Assembly: GCA_902512415.1 (NCBI GenBank)
Contig: CABXJB010000002.1
Coordinates: 1 to 54,626, forward strand
Direction: 5' to 3'
DNA: 54,626 bases
From: an uncultured Alphaproteobacteria bacterium
Lineage (GTDB): Bacteria; Pseudomonadota; Alphaproteobacteria; HIMB59; GCA-002718135
Made by a program: the position numbers and the translations under genes
In this document: positions 33,943 to 41,661 of the stretch, in pieces
Position numbering within the stretch: position 1 is the first letter of the stretch
Layout: each line of letters opens with the position of its first letter
The notes under the pieces: generated by a model
Database searches by the model: none
The model's input: only the letters and a program-made list of their open reading frames with translations
What the model was told of the DNA's origin: nothing

Positions 33943-34028
33943 TGGTGGAGGGGGTAGGATTCGAACCTACGTACGCTCACGCGGGCGGATTTACAGTCCG
34001 CTGCCTTTAACCACTCGACCACCCCTCC
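33943..34028 (-). tRNA. tRNA-Tyr (anticodon GTA), long variable arm
   Basis: Reverse complement GGAGGGGTGGTCGAGTGGTTAAAGGCAGCGGACTGTAAATCCGC...GGTTCGAATCC...CCCTCCACCA. Length 86 nt. Confidence 0.9.
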
Positions 34029-34047
34029 AAATTTGAAGAAAATGGCA

Positions 34048-34075
34048 CATACTAATTAATTAGTATGATTGTCAA
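34048..34075 (-). promoter_or_regulatory. putative promoter of the tRNA-Tyr/tRNA-Gly/tuf unit, overlapped by a 20-bp perfect palindrome
   Basis: Minus strand reads TTGACA (34075-34070) then ATCATACTAATTAATTAGTATG. The consensus -35 lies ~45 nt upstream of the mature tRNA-Tyr 5' end. The best -10-like hexamer, TAGTAT, has a short 15-nt spacer, so the call is tentative. Palindrome CATACTAATTAATTAGTATG spans 34048-34067. Confidence 0.4.
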
Positions 34076-34199
34076 TCTAAAACAACTAACTTCCACCCCA
34101 AGATACAAAAGCTCTTAAAAGCGCGCTCCTTTTAGACAAAAAAATGGAATTTGTATATATCTAGATTGTATTTAATAGACAAATCTGTGATAAACAAAA

Positions 34200-34964
34200 A
34201 TGCCAAAAAATAAAACTCAGAAATCCTTAAATACTGGGAAAATTCAAATAATTTATGGACTGCACGCTGTAAGAGCTGCATTATTAAATAATCAAAGAGT
34301 CCATGAAGAACTTCACATTACTGAAAATAATCACAAAATAGTCGAAAATCACAGATCAAAAATAAAAAAAATTACTGTTCTAGATCAAAAAGAATTTAAA
34401 AAACTACACGGAGGAGAAAAATCTACACAGGGAGTTGTTCTTAAAACTAATGATTTTGAAAGACCAAGCCTTCAACAATTTCTAATAAAAGAAAATGTAA
34501 ATGGTAAATCTGTATTATTAGCCTTAGATCAAATAACTGATCCTCAAAATATAGGATCAATAATGCGCTCATGCGCTTTATTCAATTGCAAAGGAATAAT
34601 AGTAGCAAAAGATAATGCACCTGACTTAACTCCCTCTTTGTATAAAGCTGCATCAGGTGCTGCAGAAATTGTTAATTACTTTAAAGTTACAAATCTAAAG
34701 AGAAGTATTTCTGAATTAAAAAAACATGGTTATTGGGCTTATGGATTTGATTCTTCTAATGATAGCAAGTCTGCAAATATAAATTTTTCAAAAAAATCAA
34801 TCTTAGTTTTTGGCTCTGAGGGTAAGGGAATAAGAGAACTAGTAAAAAAAGAATGTGATGAAATTATAAAATTAAAAATGCAACAGGATACACATTATCA
34901 AATTGACAGCTTAAATGTATCAAATGCAGCTTCTATTGCTCTTTACGAATTTTATAAATCTTAA
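34200..34964 (+). CDS. rlmB: SpoU/TrmH-family 23S rRNA (guanosine-2'-O)-methyltransferase, RlmB-like
   Basis: 254 aa. N-terminal L30e-like substrate-binding domain (IYGLHAVRAAL). SPOUT motifs LDQITDPQNIGSIMRSCALF, VFGSEGKGI and SLNVSNAASIALYE. Confidence 0.8.
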   Translation: MPKNKTQKSLNTGKIQIIYGLHAVRAALLNNQRVHEELHITENNHKIVENHRSKIKKITVLDQKEFKKLHGGEKSTQGVVLKTNDFERPSLQQFLIKENVNGKSVLLALDQITDPQNIGSIMRSCALFNCKGIIVAKDNAPDLTPSLYKAASGAAEIVNYFKVTNLKRSISELKKHGYWAYGFDSSNDSKSANINFSKKSILVFGSEGKGIRELVKKECDEIIKLKMQQDTHYQIDSLNVSNAASIALYEFYKS

Positions 34965-34974
34965 ATTTATTAGA

Positions 34975-35050
<76 letters not shown>

Positions 35051-35102
35051 ACTAAAAAAGGCATTTACAATTAAATTAAAAGTTCGACAAGTGATTTATG
35101 TC

Positions 35103-35222
35103 TTAAATACCAGGAATGTAAGGAACACCGTCACCTTTAGCTTTTTCATTAATTTCAGTCAGAGTTGAACAAGCTGTTATAGGTGCAGTTAGTAAAAAAA
35201 GTATTAATATTAATTTTCTCAT
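35103..35222 (-). CDS. unannotated 39-codon predicted lipoprotein, translationally coupled to the formate dehydrogenase alpha gene
   Basis: Below the ORF-track size cutoff. An ATG 4 nt after the fdsA stop reads MRKLILILFLLTAPITACSTLTEINEKAKGDGVPYIPGI*. It has a positively charged N-terminus, a hydrophobic core and a lipobox I-T-A-C. Confidence 0.45.
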   Translation of the reverse strand: MRKLILILFLLTAPITACSTLTEINEKAKGDGVPYIPGI

Positions 35223-35226
35223 AGAC

Positions 35227-37983
35227 TTAGTTTATCTTTTCTATTTTTACTGCGCAATACTTAAATTCAGGAATTTTCCCATATGGATCTAAAGCAGGGT
35301 TAGTTAACAGATTTGCGGCAGCCTCATTGTAACAAAATGGTATAAAAATTACACCTTCAGGAATAGCTCTGTCTTCTCTTACTCTTATATTAATAGTTCC
35401 TCTTCTGGTTGAAACTTTTATCATATCTCCAGGTTTCATATTCTTCTTTAAAATTTCATTTGGAGATATGGATACTGTTGCTTCAGGTTCAATAGCATCT
35501 AAATTAGTAGCTTTTCTTGTCATAGCTCCAGTATGCCAATGCTCAAGTTGTCTTCCAGTCGTAAGAATCATCTCAAATTCTTTATCAGGTACCTCATTTG
35601 GGGATGTAACACTTGCTGGAACAAATTTTCCCCTTCCAGATTCATTTGGGAATTTATCTCCAAAAACTATTTCATCACCTGGAGTAGTTGTTGATCTACT
35701 TGGATATGTTACTGAGTTTTCATTCTCTAATCTATCCCAAGAAATATTATTTAATGAAGGCATGGTTTTTGACATTTCTTCATAAATTTCTTTAGGATGT
35801 TTATAATTCCAATCTAAACCCATTCTTTTTCCTAATTCATTTGTTATCCACCAATCTTCTTTTGCTGCACCAGGCGCATTAAGAGCCTTACGGCCCATTT
35901 GAACTTGTCGATTGGTATTGGTAGCAGTTCCATTTTTTTCAGGCCATGCTGAAGCAGGAAAAATTACATCAGCATAAGTTGCAGTTTCCGTTAAAAAAAT
36001 ATCTTGAACAACTAAATGCTCTAACATTTGAAGAGCTTTTCTTGCATGATTTAAATCTGGATCAGACATTGCTGGGTTTTCTCCAAGTATATACATGCCC
36101 TTGATTGTGTTTTCGTGAATCGCATCCATAATCTCAACTACAGTTAATCCTTTTTTATTATCTAGAGATGTGTTCCAAAATTTTTCAAAAAAATCTTTTT
36201 TTTCATCTTTTTCTACTAGTTGATAATCAGGATACATCATAGGTATTAAACCAGCATCAGAAGCACCTTGCACATTATTTTGCCCTCTTAGAGGGTGAAG
36301 CCCTGACCCTCTTCTACCAACATTACCAGTCATTAATGCTAATGATATCAAACATCTCGCATTATCAGTCCCATGGGTATGTTGAGATACTCCCATCCCC
36401 CAAAAAATAATTCCTTTGTTAGTCTTTGCATAAAGATGTGCAACTTCACGTATCAAACTTGCATTTATGCCAGTTTGCTCTTCCATTATTTCAGGTGGAT
36501 AATTTTTTAAATGTCTTCTTAGATCGTCAAAGCCTGAGGTTTGTTTTTTTATATACTCATCATTAAATAAATTATCCTCAATTATTACATGCATAATCGA
36601 ATTTAGAAGAGCTACGTCAGACCCTGGCTTAAATTGTAACATATGAGTTGCATGTTTTTTTAAGGCATGCCCACGTGGATCCATTACAATCAACTTTGAT
36701 CCTTTTTTAGCTGCATTCTTAAAAAAAGTAGCAGCTACAGGATGGTTTTCTGTTGGATTTGCTCCAATTACAATTACTACCTCAGAGTGCTCAACCTCAT
36801 AGAAAGGAGCAGTAACAGCTCCAGACCCTATAGTTTCTAATAGTGCTGCCACAGAAGATGCATGGCAAAGACGCGTGCAATGATCTACGTTATTGGTATG
36901 GAAGCCGGTTCGAATCAGTTTTTGAAAAAGATATGCTTCTTCATTCGAACACTTAGCTGACCCGAAACCAGCAAGATTACTTTTTCCATTTCTTTTCTTT
37001 TTAATTTCTAAAAATCCATTTACTGCATAATCTAATGCCTCATCCCACGTAGCTTCTCTAAAATATTCATGTAAATTTGAAAAATCTATGCTTGGATGCA
37101 AATCCTTCTGTTTGCCTTTTATTCTAATGAGAGGGTTAGTAAGTCTCTCTGGATTACTAACATAATCAAAACCGAATCTACCTTTTACGCAAAGCCTGTT
37201 TTTATTAGCTGGTCCATCAATACCATTTACAAACTTAATATCATTATCTTTTACATTGTACTCAATTTGACATCCAACACCACAGTATGGACAGACGCTT
37301 TTTACTTTTTTATCTACATTACTTTCGCCAACCCCTGTTTCATTTACTACTGTTGCAGGCATCAATGCGCCTGTTGGACAAGCTTGAACACATTCTCCAC
37401 AAGCAACACATGAGCTATCTCCCATTGGGTCATCAAAATCAAAAACTATTTTTGAATTTTCTCCTCTATATGCCATTCCTATAACATCATTTACTTGCAC
37501 CTCTCTACAAGCACGCACACAAAGGTTACACTGAATGCAGGCATCTAAATTTACTGCCATACTCGGATGAGAGCTATCTGATTGACATGGAGTTTTTTTT
37601 GGAAATCTATTTTCTTTTACATCAACTTTATCAATCCAATTCCAAAAATCAGAATTATTATCATGTGCAACATTTTTCTCAGGCTGATCAGCTAATAACA
37701 ATTCAAAAACTAACTCCCTAGATTTTTTTGCTTTATCTGAAGCAGTTTGTACCCTTATATTAGCTGAAGGTTTTCTTACACAAGATGCTGCTAATACTCT
37801 TTCGCCTTCAACTTCAACCATACAAGCTCTGCAGTTTCCATCAGCTCTGTACCCTGGCTTATCTGAATAACATAAATGAGGTATTTCATTACCAAGTCTA
37901 TTTGCTACCTGCCAGATTGTTTCATCTTGATTCGCCTCAACCTCTTGATCATTAAGATAAAATTTTATTTTCTCATCACTCAT
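35227..37983 (-). CDS. fdsA: NAD-dependent formate dehydrogenase alpha subunit (molybdo-/tungstopterin, NuoG-like N-terminus)
   Basis: 918 aa with an N-terminal 2Fe-2S segment (CYSDKPGYRADGNCRACMVEV) and two 4Fe-4S motifs (CIQCNLCVRAC, CVACGECVQACP). The bis-MGD domain has active-site Cys in HCTRLCHASS, so there is no in-frame TGA/selenocysteine. Confidence 0.9.
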   Translation of the reverse strand: MSDEKIKFYLNDQEVEANQDETIWQVANRLGNEIPHLCYSDKPGYRADGNCRACMVEVEGERVLAASCVRKPSANIRVQTASDKAKKSRELVFELLLADQPEKNVAHDNNSDFWNWIDKVDVKENRFPKKTPCQSDSSHPSMAVNLDACIQCNLCVRACREVQVNDVIGMAYRGENSKIVFDFDDPMGDSSCVACGECVQACPTGALMPATVVNETGVGESNVDKKVKSVCPYCGVGCQIEYNVKDNDIKFVNGIDGPANKNRLCVKGRFGFDYVSNPERLTNPLIRIKGKQKDLHPSIDFSNLHEYFREATWDEALDYAVNGFLEIKKKRNGKSNLAGFGSAKCSNEEAYLFQKLIRTGFHTNNVDHCTRLCHASSVAALLETIGSGAVTAPFYEVEHSEVVIVIGANPTENHPVAATFFKNAAKKGSKLIVMDPRGHALKKHATHMLQFKPGSDVALLNSIMHVIIEDNLFNDEYIKKQTSGFDDLRRHLKNYPPEIMEEQTGINASLIREVAHLYAKTNKGIIFWGMGVSQHTHGTDNARCLISLALMTGNVGRRGSGLHPLRGQNNVQGASDAGLIPMMYPDYQLVEKDEKKDFFEKFWNTSLDNKKGLTVVEIMDAIHENTIKGMYILGENPAMSDPDLNHARKALQMLEHLVVQDIFLTETATYADVIFPASAWPEKNGTATNTNRQVQMGRKALNAPGAAKEDWWITNELGKRMGLDWNYKHPKEIYEEMSKTMPSLNNISWDRLENENSVTYPSRSTTTPGDEIVFGDKFPNESGRGKFVPASVTSPNEVPDKEFEMILTTGRQLEHWHTGAMTRKATNLDAIEPEATVSISPNEILKKNMKPGDMIKVSTRRGTINIRVREDRAIPEGVIFIPFCYNEAAANLLTNPALDPYGKIPEFKYCAVKIEKIN

Positions 37984-39679
37984 AATTTATCTCATTTGAA
38001 AAATATTTTAGAACTGAGTTAAGTGGGTTTGTAGCCGCTTGACCCAAACCGCAAATAGAGGCTTGTGACATAACTTCTGATAGATCTGCAAGTTTTTCTT
38101 TATTCCAAATTTTTTGCTTCATTAATTTTACCGTTTTTTCTGTTCCCACTCTGCATGGAGTGCATTGTCCACAACTTTCCTCTTCAAAAAATTTTAATAA
38201 GTTAAGAGCTACATCTTTCATGTCATCTTTATCAGACAAAATTACTATTGCTGCAGATCCTAAAAAACATCCTGCTTCAGTTAATTCTTTAGATCCATAA
38301 TCAAGTGGAATATTATTCATTTTAGCAGGTAAAATTCCTCCGGAAGCACCTCCGGGAAGATACCCTTTGAATATTTGATTGTCTTCCATTCCGTCACAAT
38401 AATCATCAATTAATTCCTGAATTGTAATTCCCGCTGGCGCTACCTTAACTCCAGGATTTCTAACTCTTCCAGAAACAGAAAAACTATGGAAACCTTGTCT
38501 TCCATCATTTCCTTTTTCTGCAAACCAATTTGGGCCTTCCTCTATTATGTCCCTAATCCAAAATAACGTCTCAAGATTATTAGTTAGAGTAGGTGAATTA
38601 AATAATCCAACTTCTGCAACATAAGGAGGCCTATGTCTTGGAAGTCCTCTTTTGCCCTCAATACTTTCAATCATTGCGGATTCTTCTCCACAAATATATG
38701 CTCCCGCCCCTCTTCTTAAAATAAAATGACCCTGAGAAATTATATTTTCTTTTTCTAATTTTAAAATTTCATCATTTAAAATTTTTATTACTGCTGGATA
38801 TTCATCTCTCATATAAATATATACATTAGATGCTTTTATAAATAACGATGCAATAAGTGCGCCCTCAAGAAATCTATGAGGATCTTTTTCTAAATAAGTT
38901 CTATCTTTAAATGTTCCAGGCTCTCCTTCATCACCATTTACAGTTATATATTTTTTACCACTATATTTGGAAACAATCTCCCACTTCATACCTGTTGGAA
39001 AACCTGCTCCTCCCTTACCCTTTAAACCACTATCCTTAAGAGAGGAAATTATTTGAGTATTAGTTATTTCTCCTTTTTTAATTTGTTCTGAAATTTTATA
39101 TCCACCATTTTTTTTATATTCTTCAAAAGATATATAACTAGGGATAACAGGTTGAAAATTTTTATTTTTAATTGCTTCTTTTACAGATTCTAAAGAAGCT
39201 TTATCAACATAATTTTTTCCAACACAAACTGTTGGCGCTAAATCGCATCTACCCATACATGGACCAGGAACAACTTTAATATTTTTATTTTCACTCTTTA
39301 TTAAATCTTTAAGTAATTTTTTCGCTCCAAATAGTTCGCATGTTAAACTTTCACACACTCTTACAATTTTAAGTTTTTCATAGGTTTCTGAATTTTTTAC
39401 TATATTGAAATGTGCATAAAAAGTTGCCACTTCATAAATCTCTGCAAGAGGTAAATTTGTTAAAGTTGATAATGCCACCAGATGTTTGTCATATAAAACA
39501 CCAAATTTATCCTGCAAAATATGCAAATATTCAATTAGTTCATCTCTTTTAAAATTAGTATTCTTAAAAAGATTTGAAACTTCTTCATAAAACTTATTTT
39601 CGACCTGCCTACCTTTTGGCTTCCATCTTCTCTTCTTTTTTTTTAGAGAACTATCAGTTTGAGAAATAAATTTGTCCAT
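37976..39679 (-). CDS. fdsB: formate dehydrogenase diaphorase subunit, fused NuoE-like (gamma) + NuoF-like (beta)
   Basis: 567 aa. The N-terminal ~170 aa carry the NuoE-type 2Fe-2S pattern (CESLTC...CMGRC). The rest is NuoF-like (GLKGKGGAGFPTGMKW, ESCGQCTPCRVG). Its stop overlaps the fdsA start as ATGAGTGA. Confidence 0.9.
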   Translation of the reverse strand: MDKFISQTDSSLKKKKRRWKPKGRQVENKFYEEVSNLFKNTNFKRDELIEYLHILQDKFGVLYDKHLVALSTLTNLPLAEIYEVATFYAHFNIVKNSETYEKLKIVRVCESLTCELFGAKKLLKDLIKSENKNIKVVPGPCMGRCDLAPTVCVGKNYVDKASLESVKEAIKNKNFQPVIPSYISFEEYKKNGGYKISEQIKKGEITNTQIISSLKDSGLKGKGGAGFPTGMKWEIVSKYSGKKYITVNGDEGEPGTFKDRTYLEKDPHRFLEGALIASLFIKASNVYIYMRDEYPAVIKILNDEILKLEKENIISQGHFILRRGAGAYICGEESAMIESIEGKRGLPRHRPPYVAEVGLFNSPTLTNNLETLFWIRDIIEEGPNWFAEKGNDGRQGFHSFSVSGRVRNPGVKVAPAGITIQELIDDYCDGMEDNQIFKGYLPGGASGGILPAKMNNIPLDYGSKELTEAGCFLGSAAIVILSDKDDMKDVALNLLKFFEEESCGQCTPCRVGTEKTVKLMKQKIWNKEKLADLSEVMSQASICGLGQAATNPLNSVLKYFSNEINYE

Positions 39680-39719
39680 TTAAATTGAATTATTAATATA
39701 TATTTTGTATCAGATTAAA

Positions 39720-39965
39720 ATGAAAGATTCAGTTGAAAATGATGAAATAATTCTTGATACTAGCGGTACAGAATGTCCTATCCCTGTGCTGAAAGCAAGA
39801 AAACTTGCTCAAGAACTAAAAAATGGAAATATAATAAGGGTGATAGCTACCGATCCTCTAGCCACTGCTGATTTCGAGCACTATTGTAGTCAATCAGGTT
39901 TTGAATTGCTAGAAAGTTATAATGAAGGTGATAAAATTATAATAAGATATAAATTTAAAAATTAA
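39720..39965 (+). CDS. TusA/SirA-family sulfur carrier protein
   Basis: 81 aa from the ATG at 39720 (the track ORF uses TTG at 39705). LDTSGTECPIPVLKARK carries the conserved CPxP active-site cysteine motif of TusA-like proteins. Confidence 0.8.
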   Translation: MKDSVENDEIILDTSGTECPIPVLKARKLAQELKNGNIIRVIATDPLATADFEHYCSQSGFELLESYNEGDKIIIRYKFKN

Positions 39966-41179
39966 AAAAATAATTTATCAAAATCATAGTAATCAAATAC
40001 ATCTCCTTTTCTAATAGCACTAATATTTTCAGGAATTTCAACTATCCCATCTGAATATGATATAGATGATATCATCCCCGATCCTTGTTTAGGATGTTTA
40101 GTAATAACATATTCATTATTAATTAATTTTTTTGATACTCTTAACCATTCAAGTCTTTTAGTTTTTTTTATCATAGAAAAATTTGTTTTAATTTTCTCTG
40201 GTTTCATATTTATTATTTTTGAGCCAATTAATTTAAAAATTAGTGGCTTAACAACAAATGCAAATAATAATTGAACTGAAACAGGATTGCCTGGCAAACA
40301 AACTATATAAGTTTTTTTAATTTTCCCAATTGCTATTGGCCTTCCTGGTTTAATTGCAGCTCGCCAAAAAAAAATTTCTCCATTGTTTTTTAGGGTATTA
40401 ATTAAATGGTCTTCATCTCCAACTGATGCACCACCAGTTGTAATTATAATATTATATTTAGATACTTCCGATAATAATTTTTTCTTTATTCTATTAATGT
40501 TGTCTGGAAGATTGCCCAAAAATTTCTTTGTAATATAATTTTTATTTAAAAGAGAATTTAGTAAATAATAATTAGAATTATTTATTTTGGAATTTTTTAG
40601 TTTTATTGTTGGCTTTACTAATTCATTACCGCTAGTGTAAAACCCAATTCTAATTTTTGAGTAAACTTTGACCTTACTATAACCTATTGCAGCAATTAAG
40701 TTTAAATTTTTATTGTCTATTTTTGTTCCCCTTTTCAAAACAAGGCTTCCTTTTGAGATATCTTCACCCTTATGTCTACAATTCTCACCGTAAGAAGGAA
40801 CTTTAATTAAAGAGAGTTTGCTATCAATAATTTTTGTATTCTCCTGCATTACAACTGTATTTGAGTTTGATGGTATTTTTGCGCCAGTAAAAATTCTCAT
40901 CACTTCCCCAGCTTTCATTTTGTGTGAAGCATTATCTCCTGCCGCAACTCTTTTTTTATTAATTTTTTTTTGATTTTTATTTAAATCTTTTTTTAATAAA
41001 GCATAACCATCAACTGCTGAATTTTTAAAAGGCGGCAAGTCAATTTTTGAATAAATATTTTCTGCTAAAATTTTATCTTCTGTATTTAGAAGGCTGATTG
41101 TCTCAGTTTTGGATATTACACTTGAGCGCCTTTTAATAAAATGTATAATTTGTTTTAAAAGAAGTGGTTTTTTGTTCAT
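39962..41179 (-). CDS. moeA: molybdopterin molybdotransferase MoeA
   Basis: 405 aa with SAVDGYAL, TGGASVGDEDH and LPGNPVS motifs. Confidence 0.85.
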   Translation of the reverse strand: MNKKPLLLKQIIHFIKRRSSVISKTETISLLNTEDKILAENIYSKIDLPPFKNSAVDGYALLKKDLNKNQKKINKKRVAAGDNASHKMKAGEVMRIFTGAKIPSNSNTVVMQENTKIIDSKLSLIKVPSYGENCRHKGEDISKGSLVLKRGTKIDNKNLNLIAAIGYSKVKVYSKIRIGFYTSGNELVKPTIKLKNSKINNSNYYLLNSLLNKNYITKKFLGNLPDNINRIKKKLLSEVSKYNIIITTGGASVGDEDHLINTLKNNGEIFFWRAAIKPGRPIAIGKIKKTYIVCLPGNPVSVQLLFAFVVKPLIFKLIGSKIINMKPEKIKTNFSMIKKTKRLEWLRVSKKLINNEYVITKHPKQGSGMISSISYSDGIVEIPENISAIRKGDVFDYYDFDKLFF

Positions 41180-41661
41180 AAAATTTTTTTTATTATAAAT
41201 TCAACCAAGCCTTTATTATCATTTTTTTTAAATACAGGAATACTTGTATTGTTTAATTCATCAGAAACAATTGCAACAACATTATTAATTACATTATTTG
41301 TATTTTGTAAACCTTCTCCTATTATTTCAATTTTGGGGTGATTTTCTTTCTTAAAACCTTCTACAACAATAATATCAACATCTTCGAACTCTTTAATCAG
41401 CTCTTCTAAATTCTTTTCCTTCTTATTATTATTCTCAATTATTTTTGCCCAACGTTTAGAAGAGCTAATGATAACCTGGTTAGAACCAGCCTCTCGGTGC
41501 TTAAAACTATCTGTACCATGTTGATCAATATCAAAGTCATGATGTGCATGTTTAATTGATCCAACTTTGTAACCCTTCTTGACTAATAATTTAATTATTA
41601 AACTAGCATAATGTGTTTTTCCAACGCTCTTCCAACCAGTGATACCAATTATTTTACTCAT
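41176..41661 (-). CDS. mobB: molybdopterin-guanine dinucleotide biosynthesis adapter MobB
   Basis: 161 aa with Walker A GITGWKSVGKT and downstream IKHAHHDFDID and EGFK motifs. Confidence 0.85.
   Translation of the reverse strand: MSKIIGITGWKSVGKTHYASLIIKLLVKKGYKVGSIKHAHHDFDIDQHGTDSFKHREAGSNQVIISSSKRWAKIIENNNKKEKNLEELIKEFEDVDIIVVEGFKKENHPKIEIIGEGLQNTNNVINNVVAIVSDELNNTSIPVFKKNDNKGLVEFIIKKIL

Noticed and set aside
35468-35785. 105-aa plus-strand ORF. The same applies to 37096-37413 and 37287-37484.
   Set aside because: Antisense to the formate dehydrogenase alpha gene, with no supporting features.
35227-37983. Possible selenocysteine (in-frame TGA plus SECIS) in the formate dehydrogenase
   Set aside because: The ORF is uninterrupted and the catalytic position is a cysteine codon (HCTRLCHASS).
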